A stretch of 64,000 bases of DNA. Origin: Trichosphaerium sp. ATCC 40318. Taxonomy: Eukaryota; Protista; Tubulinea. The translations under genes and the position numbers were made by a program. The stretch lies in assembly GCA_038496445.1 (NCBI GenBank), contig JALMLS010000612.1:682001-746000 (forward strand), given 5' to 3'. Below the pieces are notes generated by a model. The model was not told where the DNA came from. It saw only the letters and a list, made by a program, of their open reading frames with translations, and did not search any database. Below are positions 1-13,191 of this stretch, one piece after another (the stretch's first letter is position 1; each line of letters begins with the position of its first letter).

Positions 1-1271
1 GCTAGAACTGTGAAAACAGGTGGTGTGTGCTTACCACATCGCATGAAATGTTGTTGACCTATTTAAAAAAAGTCAGACAAGCAAAGTTAAACTACAGAAA
101 AAGCACTTTATTTGTACCCTGGTATTCAAATGCAATATTTAGTTCTGGAACAAAAACATCGACAGTCAGTGGTGTACCAGCCATCCTCGTATTTATTACA
201 TGCTCTTCCACAACGCGTAGGTCAGGAAATATCTTTTGGACTTTATTGAGCATGGACCTATCACGTGATTAATAAATACAACATCTTTGAAAAAAAAAAC
301 ATACATTTGCATAGCCTTTCTAGACAATTGGTTGGACTGTTGGTGATTTTCCTCAGGCGAGGAAAACCTAGAATCTACTACATTCAACGCATTAGGAAGG
401 TACGGAAGTATCCCTGCTCCACCAAGCGCCTTCAGTTGCCAGTGAGCAACACGCGTCCTAAAACTAAGTTAAGTTTACTCAAAGCGTGGTGGCAGTAAGG
501 TGGCGTACCAGTTATCAAGTCGAGTTATATTTAGCGTTGTAGAAGCATTTTGGAAGAAATCAAATTGATTTTTAGGATCTTGCCAGTATCCTCTAGGTCT
601 TCTGTTTTTGAACCGATCACCGTATCGCAGTAGGCTCTCATCATCAAGTAAATCAGCCAATGTTTTACCCAAAGATCCTTGGTGCCTTCAAAGCATTAGA
701 GACTTCAGTACAGAAGGTACAAAGGGGAACAGCAGCAAACTGATAGCTCTAACATACCAGTTGATAAGCGTCCCACCTCCAAGGTCTCGGATCATCTTCC
801 AAGTAACACTGCGCCATTGTTCGCGCGTTTTTATGCCTAGGTCACACGCCATATCATTCAGTTTTGCGCGACGGTTTGATTCGGACGTTAAGCAGCCTGT
901 AGTTTGATCTCGTCTAGTTGAGTAAATAATTAACGAACTATAACAGACGTACACTAAATAAGAGGGAACCGGTGCTGAAGCAGGTTCCGCGCGTTCTAGA
1001 GTGTCTAGCGCCTGTGGTTGACGCCTAGCATGCTGTTAGAATATCGTACACTTACTACATCACGTACGAGCTTGTTTGATATGCTGGTGGTTTACGAGCA
1101 ACTGTGTAACGTCTCAACACTATTTTCCACTCATTGTTGCCTCTTGAGTGGTTCCCATACGTAGGTATAACTTGTGCATATTTACAGCGCCTGTGTAACG
1201 ATTTTAAAGGGTTCTAGTGTTTATTAGCCTGTAATTTTCAGAACAATGCCAAAGAGTACCCATATAATCAT
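1..1271 (-). CDS. Tandem ~60-70-aa GYW/DxW helical-repeat protein with C-terminal PD-(D/E)XK-like (DUF559/Vsr/RAP-like) nuclease domain; multi-exon, 3' end runs off the window
   Basis: Manual splicing of GT-AG introns gives MIIWNPLKSLHRRCKYAQ...LRRYTVARKPP...; repeat 1 SNRRAKLNDMACDLGIKTREQWRSVTWKMIRDLGGGTLINWHQGSL; repeat 2 PRGYWQDPKNQFDFFQNASTTLNITRLDNWTRVAHWQLKALGGAGIL; then TVDVFVPELNIAFEYQGQQHF. Start codon is less certain. Confidence 0.75.
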
Positions 1272-1457
1272 TTAACATGTCAAACTAACCGGACAAGCGG
1301 TTGTTTTCTAATTTTGTCAATTTGGCATGTCAAAAAACCTGTTAAGTCTGACATGCAAAGATTTTGACGTCTGCAGTGTTTTAATGCAAAAGTTGAAGGT
1401 ATGTACACTTTGTTTATTTTACTTGGATTTGGATTTTGGTTTGCTTGCAATGGCCTC

Positions 1458-4233
1458 TTATATTTCAATACAAGGTACGCCATAGCACCGCCTTGCCATC
1501 TCGCAGTACGCGCGGCTCAGTGAATGACAAGAAAATAATGACGTTTGTTTGCACTCAATTGTTTGAACAAGACCAGCTTGCTTATCAATACTAGGTACAG
1601 GATCACCTTTTAATTAATAGTTAGTATAAAAATATCACCAAACAACAAAAAGCTAAGTATGAGACTTACTCGTTGAAACAACTGACGTTGCTCCTTGTGT
1701 GTCTGGTAACGAATAACCAAACTTCATATGACCAAAAACTTGACCTGGAGGCTCAAAAGCATACGAAGGCAAATTTCTCAAAGCCCCAACAATATTTGCA
1801 ACTCCTCCTCCAAGAGAGTGTCCAGTAAGTACTATATTATCTGTTGCGTTCACCTTTACGATTGAAAAATAAGTACACCAAACAGTTGAATCCAGGTAAC
1901 AAAATCTAAGCGTAAATAAAAACACGCACGTGATTATCTATGTAATCGATAATTGGGTTGTAGTAAAGATTCTTGATTTTTGGTTCAAGTGCATTTGCAA
2001 TCTGTACAACAACACTTGTCGTAACTGTAGGCCATATGTGAATCTGTAACAATAATTGTAAGCTAAAAATAACAGTAACAGTAATAAAGTACGCACCAGA
2101 GGCACAAAAAAGCTAATGCCTTGTAATACAGTGATTTCGCTCCACTAAGAAAAAAATAAGACTACTAATTAAAAAGTCATTTTGTCTTGTTGTGCCATAC
2201 CAAATCTAAATCTTCTAGCGCATCTCTGAAGAAAGTGTTAGTAGCAAATAGGCGCATAGTGCCATACCTTATACTTGATGTACCACGGATGCCAATGACA
2301 GAAATATTACTTGCAGAATCTCGTATATGAAAGAAGTAACTACCACGTTGTGTTTGACTGAGATATAACAAATCAAAATCAAACTCAGTGTTTTGAAAGT
2401 AGCTTGCCAAGTCAGCCCGGACAACATTTATATCTAGCTTATACGCTACTAGCGAAAGAAACGCAAAATCTACCAAGAAATAAATAAAATTGATCAATCC
2501 AAATAAACACTAAGTACCAAGAATGTGTAGGTTCTTCCAACTCGATCCACATACTGGATAAGCTCCTCTGAACATGTTAGATTTTAACTACAGTTGATAA
2601 ACGCACGGTAGTAGAGTGGTTCGGTTTGGATGATGCAGAGACGAATTCCCAAATAAATTTGGATCAACAGAGTTTCCAAGAGCGTATGGATCAAGACGCT
2701 CTATACTACTAGTTTGTGGATCAACTTGGTTAAGAGACCCACTAACTGCGAAATACACAATCGCCATGAGTAACAGCATGCCGAATAGAAGAAGATATCC
2801 TATTCCAAACGCAATAAATGAGTTTCTGTATTCACTATACTTTGTACGATCAAGAGCAGCCTGTGATAGTTGTAAATAATTATAAAATAAACATGAATTA
2901 AAAGTAATTAAGTTCATACCACTGCACGTCTTCGTAGAGTATATACTTTTAGTATACGTGAGTTACCACATGATTTAGCTTCAGAGGCTTCTAGATTCGA
3001 TAGAGAGGTTCTATACTGATACATGGCTTGAATAAGAAGTGAAGTCCATTTAGATTGTTGAACAGATACACGTGACGCCAATATAGTACAAAGAAATGTT
3101 GACATGATAGGAATAAATACAGCATAAGATATGAGTTGTGGTTCACCTCCTAAAATAGTACATGAGCACAAACAATACCTTAAACAGTAATAACTTAACA
3201 AAAAAGAAAAAACAAAAATAATCTCTTCTGGGATTTCTGGCGTTCCCAAACGTTTAAGACACGTGACAATGGTTTCACAAATGCCAAACAAATAAATTTA
3301 CCTTTTGAAAATCCTGGTACAGCAACACCAATAGTGAGAAGACAGAAAACAAACAAAGAGCCTAATATTATCCAACCAGTTTTTCTTGTTGAATAAATGC
3401 GTAGAAAATCTACTTTCCAATATCCAGAGCGTGCCATCATTATTGTATAGTATACAAGACCACCAGCGTAACTTAGGGATATGACCATACCAACAACGAG
3501 TGTTGATACAAAGAAAGCATCCAATAAGGTTGCTTTGCCTTTAAATAGTGTCAAACAACAAAACAACAAAAATCATAGCTACCTGACGCTGACACAGCCA
3601 AAGATATGATAACCATTAACACGACGAGTATACCGCGTACCCATCCTGTTACAAACCGTGCTTGTAGTGCCCAAGATGTTATCATAGCATCCCAAAATAC
3701 GTGCAAGCACATCCACATTAAGAGCCACATTTGAATCATTAGTAACGTTAAACCAACAGTCAATGCGTTGAGATGTGGTGGGAATCCGAAAACGATGCCT
3801 AAACGGGTTACCATCGTTCTCAAATATTCAGGGAGCAAAGTTTGAGGGATGTACCTAGTCCTGCGTTTAAGAAAACAGCGAAAATGACAGCGAAAAAGCT
3901 GAGGGTAGATAGAAAAGTCACAACCCTGTTTAAGGCCAATATAATGTGTAAGAACGCTGCCAAGACCCTCTTGAAGCCATAGAACATGCAACAGCAAGTC
4001 TAAACTGTCAATATACTACGTTACGAAGCTACTACGCGACGTACATCCTTTGGCGTTCCATTTATGTCATCAACATAGTAATTTTCAGAATTGCCTGTAT
4101 CATCCATCAGGCCATCAGAATCCGCTCTATTAACTGCCTCATAGTCTCCAACTCCCTTATCGTTCCAATTGAGAGGGCTGTCTAATAACGGGCGTACATT
4201 TGATTTGTGGCTACGTAACGAGCGACGAGACAT
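1458..4233 (-). CDS. Multi-pass membrane class 3 (ATG15-like) lipase, multi-exon
   Basis: Motifs VIGIRGT, VLTGHSLGG (nucleophile), DPVP and CHSL. Several hydrophobic N-terminal segments. ATG at 4233, TAA at 1458-1460. Confidence 0.85.
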
Positions 4234-4558
4234 GGTAACACTCCTCACTACAAGCTACAAAGGCGCTTTCGGATTTTTTGAAGCGGTTTTACCACTAAAG
4301 ACCGATTGTGGGGCGTGCTTGAACAACCCAACCCACCATTTTACAGCGGAGATAGACGACTCAGCTTTAAGCAAATATGGCTCGCGTATTGCCGCCGTTC
4401 ATTTCTAAATTGTATTCGCTAGTTTCAGGTAAACACCACAATTCCGCCAATTGTTCCTCTACTGTTTTTCGACGTTGAAAAAACTCAAATTTGTCTCATG
4501 GAAGGAATAGAAGCTTCTTTTTGACTATTTTTGACAAACACGTCTTATAACCTTTGCT

Positions 4559-5706
4559 ATGGCCATAAGCGTTCTCTAAAGAGCGAATAAAGCAGTTTTT
4601 ACAAAAATCTAACGACTTTAGATGAAACTAATCATGAGTACGTTAACTGGTGCGAAGATGGTAAAACCTTCAAAGTGGAGGACCCAAAGTACGTACTACA
4701 GTTTCTCATTGTTTGTGTAATTTCATCTCACCTTTGTAAAGCCCGTTCTCTGAGAAAGTACTTCCAAAGTACTTCAAACACAGTAACTTTTGCAGCTTTG
4801 TGAGGTACTAGCTGGTTTTTCTCTTTCAAAAACTACGCCTTGTAACTAACCGACTCAGGCAGTTAAATACTTATGGTTTCCATAAAAACGGACAAGAGTG
4901 GCTGGTACGTATCCATTTAAGCACGTGGTTTACAGAAAAATCCACGTGAAATACAACTTGGATCTTTACCAGTTGCTACGTTGGCTGGATGTGATATTCT
5001 AAAGAGCGTTAGTTCGAGCATGAAAAAGAATATTTTGTAAAGGATAAAAAAGAGCTCTTGAGCAACATAACGCGGCGAAAACAAGTTAAAAGGAACAGGT
5101 ACGATATTGTGAGAGAGAATGTACCAGTAACTCATCCAGAAAAAGGCCTCATGAGACGTCAGTAAAAATAGAAGTAAGTAGCTTTTATTTTTTTCTTTAT
5201 CAAGTAGGTGGTTTATTTGATGAGTTAATGCGTCAATATAGCCTGGACAATGGATGATAATACAAGCACAATTAGAGACTCTACAAGCCAGATCAGAATC
5301 TCAACAATTAGAGATGCATCGTCTACTACAACAATCCGCAAAAGATCAACAAGCTCTTAATTCTATGCGTCAAACACTTCAAATGGTCATTAACTTTTTA
5401 CTCACCCAACCTAATCTACAAGTTTCAGACTTGTTAGACAAACTATCAACACAACCAAATATACAACTCACATCAGAATTAAAACCAGTTAACGGTTTTT
5501 ATAACAATGGTACCAATGCGAATCACAACCAAAACGAACAATCCTTGTACATACCAAAACAACCAGCTCATTCATCAATGTGGCCGCCTATTCAAGGCGC
5601 GGAAGATAGTTCCCTTTCTATTGGTGATATTTATTCTCACGACCTTAATTCTACTCTACAAGACTTGATGTTGGACGATTTTACGCCTAACGGAGGCGAA
5701 ACATAA
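4559..5706 (+). CDS. HSF-type DNA-binding domain transcription factor with coiled coil (5' end unresolved)
   Basis: Spliced exons give NETNHEYVNWCEDGKTFKVEDP...[29 protein letters not shown]...FEHEKEYFVKDKKELLSNITRRK, followed by a heptad-like Q/L-rich region in ORF 5254-5706. Confidence 0.88.
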
Positions 5707-5988
5707 ACCTTTTTTCCGAAGCATAAAAAAAAAATCTGACATTAGTTTCAGCTGTCAGCATTTTTGTAAATTTATTTCTCTTTTTAAAATACCCTGTATC
5801 AAAAAGGAATATGTGTCATTGATACGATGATGTGAATCATGTACGTCTGTAATAACACGTCACCACAAAAAAAAAGTAAAATGTTAATGACATGTTTGTT
5901 AAAAAAGTTTTCTGTTTTGGCTTGGCAGTGAATAGTGAATATTCAGGAAATAAGTCTCGAATAGTTGACACGAGTCCTTCTGAATTGT

Positions 5989-8900
5989 ATGGCCGGAGTG
6001 CGAATGCTGTCGAATCCCGAGACTACAGATCGCAATTCGATTGCCAGCTCTGATTTTCGGCTTGCTTCTGGAGATTGGGATGAACCAGGCTTTGAGGGAG
6101 ACGAGGTGCGTTAACGTCACTTGTAGAGCTTGTAGTATGGAAATGTAACAAGAAATTGCTTACAGGAGAAACTTGAGCGTACAGTACACTTAGGATACGA
6201 CTACACATCAGAAAACGTTGGATTTTGTAGTAATAGAACAAGAACAACGAAATATAGGTATTATCGTGTCATTTCTGTTAATTACTGGCGTAACACGCGT
6301 AGGTGGTGGTATTTTCTTCCTAAAAACTTGTATGAACAATTCAGACGGCTCGCAAACTTTTATTTTTTGATAGTAATGATCATATCTGTTCTACCAGGCA
6401 CAGCAACACAATTTATAACTTTATAACCACAATAAGTAACGTAGAATATTTAGATATTTCACCCATAACGCCTTTATCCTCTATTATACCATTATGCTTT
6501 GTACTTGGTATAGCGGCCGTCAAAGACGCATGGGATGATATGGTACAATTATCTTGAGCCGTTTAAAATGACATTCTTTACATTTTACTCCATGTATCTT
6601 CTCGCTTTTTTGCCTACATCCGTCTGATCACTTATGTTTAAACAGCAACGTGCCCGTGCTGATAGAGAAGTTAACAACAAGACTGCACAGCGTATAACAC
6701 GGGATGGACGCATAACTATCACGTGGAGCGACATAAAAGTAGGTGATATTATCACACTACATAATGGTGACGTGCGGGTTTTTTCTTTGTTGCTAAACAA
6801 TTGTTGCTTTATTCATTAAGTGGTTCTAGGATGTTCCTGCTGATATGGTTATCCTCAAGTCCAGTAATATATCCGGTACTTGTTCTGTAGAAACAGCTAA
6901 TCTCGATGGGTACCACGTGATGGTTAACGGTTGAATCCTAACGCCTTGTTTTTTTTTCAAGCGAGACAACATTAAAGAAACGGTATTCTGTCCCTCCAAC
7001 ACTCCAAATGACAGATACAGAGCTAATAGAATTGACTGGTACTATCCAATGTGAAGACCCAAACATACACCTAGAAGAATTCGTAGGGAGGATGGAAGCA
7101 ACAATTGATAGTAAGAAGAGAAGTTCATACTCACAAAGCCAACAAGCTTACTAAATATTTGTTAGACGATGCAAAGACTGTAGGGCTTAATGCTAATAAT
7201 TTGCTACTACGAGGGTCTACTATTAAAAACACTGATGAAGTTTGCGGTGTTACTGTATATACTGGTGCTGATACAAAAGTTGTAATGAACCAACAAGCTG
7301 CACCCTCAAAGTTTTCACATGTTGAAAGGAGATTGAATAAGTACTTGATTATACTATTAAGTACTGCTGTCTTTATGTGTTTTATATCATCTATACTATC
7401 CGTATTATGGCAGGTATGTGTTTATTACAGTCTACACTCTACAGAATCTCATGTTTTAACCCAACAGATCAACCATCCACCAGACAAATATTGGTATCTT
7501 CAATTGACAAAACTTGACTTTGGCGATTGGCCTACAGGCATTTATCAAGGTTTCAAGGCGTCGTTGACATTCTTTGTATTATACTCCGTGTTTATACCTA
7601 TATCTCTTTACGTTTCATTGGAGATGGTTAAAGTTATCTCTTCGTTATGGGTAGCTCAGGATCTTAACCTTTATCATGAAGAATCAGATACACCACTCAT
7701 TGTGAAGACATCTAATCTTCTTGAAGAACTTGGCCAAGTATGTCAAATAACCTACTGTTATCTATCTTTGAGATTAAACCAAAAAATTGCTATAGGTGCA
7801 GCATCTATTCAGTGACAAAACAGGAACGCTTACAGAAAATAAAATGATTTTTCGAAAGTGCTCAATAGCAGGGCAAATGTACGCGTTTTTAAGTACTTTA
7901 TAGTTGTTAAACCTAAATTATAGGTATCACCCAAGCGACGCTACTACATTAAGCACAGAACCATCATTAGCAGAGGAAGAGAATCCGTTCATGGTAACTA
8001 TACCTTTCGGTAGTTTTTGTGCTAACATTCCTCCCTTAGGCTCAGGTCGATAACGAACGAAGACTAGACAAAGGAGATATTGAAAAAGACGATAACGTGA
8101 TGGAATTCGTGCTGGCTATGGCGTTATGTCATGGTGTGATGGTGCATCCAAATGATGATGGTTCTGGCCCAAGGTACTCTTATAGAACTATTGTACTTAT
8201 CGCTAACGTCTGGCCAGTACACTTCAAGCTGACTCCCCTGATGAAGAAGCCCTTGTTAAAGCTGCACAAGCACTTGGTGTTAAGATAGTACAGGTAATTA
8301 AAAAATCAACTGGTCTTTACTTAGCGCTTGTTTTTAGCGTTCATTTAATCAGATCACTTTAAGTATCCATGGAAAGCAACAAGTGTATGAAATAGAAGGG
8401 GTTCTCGAATTCAATTCTGTTCGTAAACGTATGTCGGTTATTGTAAGGACACCTGCTGGTACGTATAAGACTAATTAAGCATTAAATAATAACTTAATGA
8501 TTACTAGGACAATTAAAACTTTACACTAAAGGAGCAGACTCTGTTGTGTTTTCATTGCTCTCTACGGATAAAAAGCACTTTATAAAAACAAGAAACCACT
8601 CAAACTATTATGCTGTTAAAGGATTAAGAACACTTGTCTTTGCTTATCGTGACTTGACTGAAGCAAAGTTTGTTAAATGGCAAAAAATGTTTCAAGCAGC
8701 ACAATCATCTGTTACATTTCGTAAACAAAAGGTAAGCCAATTACTACGCTATAATCATACTAATATCCACTTCAAAGCTTGAAAAGGTTGCTGAGATTAT
8801 AGAGAAGAAGTTGACGTTACTAGGCGTCTCTGGAATTGAAGATAAATTACAGGATGGCGTCCCTGATACTTTGAGAGATTTGATGCGTGTAAGTACTTTT

Positions 8901-11467
8901 TAACAAATAATGATTGTTCAAATCACGTGATATTTGGCGTGTGGTTAATGTTAGATATAAGGCTGGTATAAAGGTGTGGGTATTGACAGGTGATAAACAA
9001 GAGACTGCTATTACGATTGGAAAGTCATGCAATATCATCAAACCACAAATGAAGGTAGTTCTTTCGAACAAAAAAAAGTCATTACAACTTCAACACTTTC
9101 TTATTTGTTTGTAGGTATTAAAATTAAATGTCAATGACATGAAGGCATGTCGAAATGTTATTGAGGTAAGCAACAAAACTCATATTATTCTGTGAGTTTC
9201 ATTAATGACTTTTTTTAAAGGAACATATCTACTCTTGTGAAACATACTATCGTGACGTACGCTTAATCTTTTAATATAAGCTTCATTATAACATTTTTTT
9301 ATTAGTACCCCAAGGCTTTGGTGGTAGATGGAAACTCTCTAGGGTTTGCTGTAACACAATTCAAAGTAAGAAATGAAGACATCAATTTCTTGATTTTTTC
9401 TTATTATTGGTTAGCACATGTTTATAGAATTGGCAGTACAATGTGACACAGTCATTTGTTGTCGTGTATCTCCATTACAAAAGGTAAGTAATTGCTTATG
9501 TATATTCGTCCTAATCACGATGTAAAGGCGCAAGTTGTCCGGCTAGTAAAGTGGTGGTCAGGAACATCCGTAACAGTTGCTGTTGGAGATGGTATGTTTT
9601 TTTTTCGTCAAAGTTTTTTTGGTTGTCTAATACGTACACTCAGGTGCCAATGACGTATCTATGATACAAGTGCGTTTCATATCAAATTAGACTATCGCGT
9701 GATTAACATAATTGGCATACAGGAGGCTGATGTAGGCATCGGTATAAAAGGAAGAGAAGGATCGCAAGCAGTGCGATCTAGCGATTATGGTATTGCTAAA
9801 TTCTCCTTTATAAAGAGACTTTTGCTGGTACGTAATTCTCTTGTATCTGTATTTAAAATACTCAATATTATGTAATAGGTCCACGGGCGTTATAGTTACT
9901 TGCGTATAGTAATGCTGATTCAGTACAGTTTCTACAAAAACGTATGCATACCAAAGTCTCGAAAACACTTGACAACTAGCTAACTTTTCTTCAAGATAAC
10001 GTTCACACTTCCTCAATTTTTTTTCTCGTACATGACAGGATTCTCTGGACAAGTTAGTACAGTTTATATTTCTACCATGCCTTCTTGGTAACAAGTAATG
10101 AATGCTCTGTTTAACGGAAAACTAGACTGTTTTTGATTCATGGGTCATGACTTTTTTTAACATGGTTTTCACTGCATTACCTATAATGGCTTTTGCGATT
10201 TTTGATAAAGACCTTGATGAGGAGTTCCTTTTAAAGTTCCCAGAACTTTATAGCAGGTAATTTCTTTCAGATATTCTACTTGAATCTCATATCCTTTTTT
10301 CTTTAAATAGATCAAGAAGAAACATTGACTTCAATTTTAAGGCAAGCTAGATATCTTTGTTGAGACTTTGTTTTGATATTTCTTTTTGTAGACATTCTTT
10401 CTGTGGATAGTGAATGCAGTCGCTCACTCACTTATCTGTTTCTTTGGGACATGGGCACTGTGGACAGATGGAGTACTTGACGACACTGGTAAGAGCAATA
10501 GAAAAAAGTGATTTGTTTTTTAAGAAGAACTATTTTACCGTCCTTCCTAAACACCTTCAAGGTCACATATTCGGTCTATGGTCATTTGGTATGATTATAA
10601 CAACAGCTATAGTAGTTTTGGTTACACTCAAGATTGCCTCAGTAGTCGAGTACGCCGTTAAACAACACAAAACGAAGTTACTTTTTTTACTTACTACCTT
10701 TTTTCACTCAGCAATTGGACAATTTTTGCACACATAACAATCTGGGGATCATTGATTGTATATTTCCTATTTCTTCTCCCTTATAGTGCTATAGCTTTCT
10801 TGACACCCAAAGACTTTTTGGGTCTTTTTTGTATCCTTTAAATCCAAAACGAAAAAAAATTTCTTCTTTTTTACGTCATGAACGTAAAAAAACACCAAAA
10901 TTACCCTTAACATTTCAAGTCACTTTGGGTGCTGTACCAAAGTTTTGGTTTATATGGATAGTATTGACAACTGTATGCTTACTTGGTGACATATCTGTAC
11001 ATTGGTACTATAATATTTTTTGAGTCAGTTTTAAAGTCAACCTTTTTGCTAAGTAACCTCCCTACAGGATTTATAACTATGTCTGGCCATCAAATAGACA
11101 GATTTTTAGAGAACTGAAGCTGATGTCTTACAAGAAGTGAGTAATTTTCTGGTGATAGTACCCTTTGTCGTTTTGCTTTTGCCTTCTTTTTGCTTTCTTG
11201 GTTCTTTGTTTGAAAAAGTCTCATCCTTACACACTTGTAGTGGCTTCAAGAAAAATGACAAAACAAAATTACTCAATGGCGATGTATATAAGAGCCTCAT
11301 ACACTCTTTAGAAGAAACTGAATTTCCGTAAGACTACAACTTCCTTGTCTTTTTTTTTGGATTGTTTTTTTTTTTTTTTTTTTTCTAAATGTTTTAGTGG
11401 TGACACGATATCCTCACGATCATATGGTTCTTATTCAGGTTCCCATAGTAGCTTAGCAGCCACATAG
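5989..11467 (+). CDS. P4-type ATPase (phospholipid flippase), ~30 introns
   Basis: Motifs [110 protein letters not shown]. Confidence 0.97.
10831..10919 (+). other. U12-type (minor spliceosome) GT-AG intron, phase 1, in the P4-ATPase gene
   Basis: Donor T|GTATCCTTT; branch point TTACCCTTAAC ending 8 nt before the 3' end (…ATTTCAAG); no polypyrimidine tract. Removal restores [16 protein letters not shown]. Confidence 0.9.
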
Positions 11468-11609
11468 TACAACTAGCATAAAAAACAAAAATACATCTAC
11501 CCAAAATGAAAGAAAAATCCGTTTAACAAAAATAATGTAAAATAATAATTGAATAAAAAAAAAATGAACAACTACTTTAATACTTTATTGTACAATGACG
11601 TGTTTGTTA

Positions 11610-13024
11610 CTACTTTTTATCTTCTTCCTCAGGTAATTCACTTTCTTCTGTTACAGTATACGTATCAAGTAATACAACCTATGAAAGGAACATATCAGTA
11701 TCCACATAAAACAACTTGTTTTGTATTACCTTCTTGAACTCAACAGGTTCGACTAACATGAGCAAGTTTGAAACCTAACAATAAAAAGTCAACATCTTTT
11801 GCAAATGGGAAAACAAATGAAAAACGAGCTAACCTCCGTTGTTGGTAGACTGCAAATCAAGTGTACAATATCTACACCAGCAACAACCTTTGCGAATACA
11901 GCATACCCCGGATTACCATCAGGACGTGGACCATTACCAACAGCTAGAGAAAAACAACAAAGTTGAGAACACAAATTAAAAATTACAAATCAAACAGTTT
12001 GGCATCCAATACCACAAGTTTGAAGGTAGCGAAAAAAAAAATTGCGTACTGTTGTTCAACATTTGAATAGCAAATTCAGATGTAGCTCCATTAATATCAG
12101 CACCACGAGCCATCGAAATGTACATTTTATCATTGTTAAGCCTATAACATCACCGATGTTACAAAAAAAATCAAAAGCTCACTCAAACTTAGTGGTATGC
12201 ATACTTGTATTCAAAAGGAACGCCAGGTAATGGTGATTGTTTCCATGTCTTGCCAGGTACCTTAAAAAGAAATGTAAGTGAGACAACCAAGTAGCAAAAC
12301 TTATCGAGATTTTTTTCATTCGCAACCCCAAAAAAAAAACAAACAAATTATTTGACACGCTGATCACTCACGTTGTGATGAAAAACAGGTGTAAAAAAAA
12401 GGCTTAAATAAGAACACACGTACTCCTACTACCTTGTGACAACCTCCTTGTAGTACCCATCGTGGGTTTGCTCTTAGAACTAGCATTAAACACTTGTTCC
12501 ACATCCAACAACAAAAAAAAAAGTAAAAAACACTACCTGTAAAAAGTGCAATGATCAAAAAATCCTCTACGTGTCAATTCTAAAATTACATTTAGATCTT
12601 GTCAAGCATCACTCAATATTATTTCAAACAGTTTCAAGCGGTTTTTGTACCTTTAAAATTTTCAACTGTTTTAGGTGCATCTTTTGGGAAAAACTGCCAT
12701 ACGATGTTTCCTACGCAAGGCGTATGTAAAACGATGATAATTCAGAGATTGTACCGTATTTTGTCTAAATAACGTTAGGTTTACTACAATAAACTATGAC
12801 GTGCGTGAAAGACAACCACATCCTTGAAGGTTTGCCCTATCGCTTCTTCCTCAAAGACTGAATACTCAGCACCGCCAAAATAAAACATGAGCAACGCCAT
12901 AGAGGCCAATATTGCTACAACAAGAAACACGCGCTGTTTACCGGCGCAAAATCCTTCAAAGTCGTTAACACCAATGACAAGCGTCAAAAAACATGCCTTG
13001 ATCTTTACCACGTATACTAGGCAT
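11610..13024 (-). CDS. Cyclophilin-type peptidyl-prolyl isomerase with N-terminal signal anchor
   Basis: Spliced: FHTKYGNIVWQFFPKDAPKTVENFK...CTFYRANPRWVLQGG...SMARGADINGATSEF...GYAVFAKVVAG. Hydrophobic segment VFLVVAILASMALLMFYF. Includes a 10-nt micro-exon at 12755-12764. Confidence 0.9.
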
Positions 13025-13191
13025 CGCAATCTATTCACTACTTGACAGCTAGCAACGAAAACACTAACTTAACAAACAAACGTTAAGCAACGTCTAGTCG
13101 TATTCAATATGTACAATCTTGTTTTCTACAACTGCATCGCCTCTAATAATACTATGTTGATCTGATCGTCAATACGGAGTTGTCACTGTCT

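Noticed and set aside
4905-5012. GTATCCATTT in an HSF intron as a U12 donor
   Set aside because: The upstream GTACGT donor gives the correct frame, and there is no U12 branch point.
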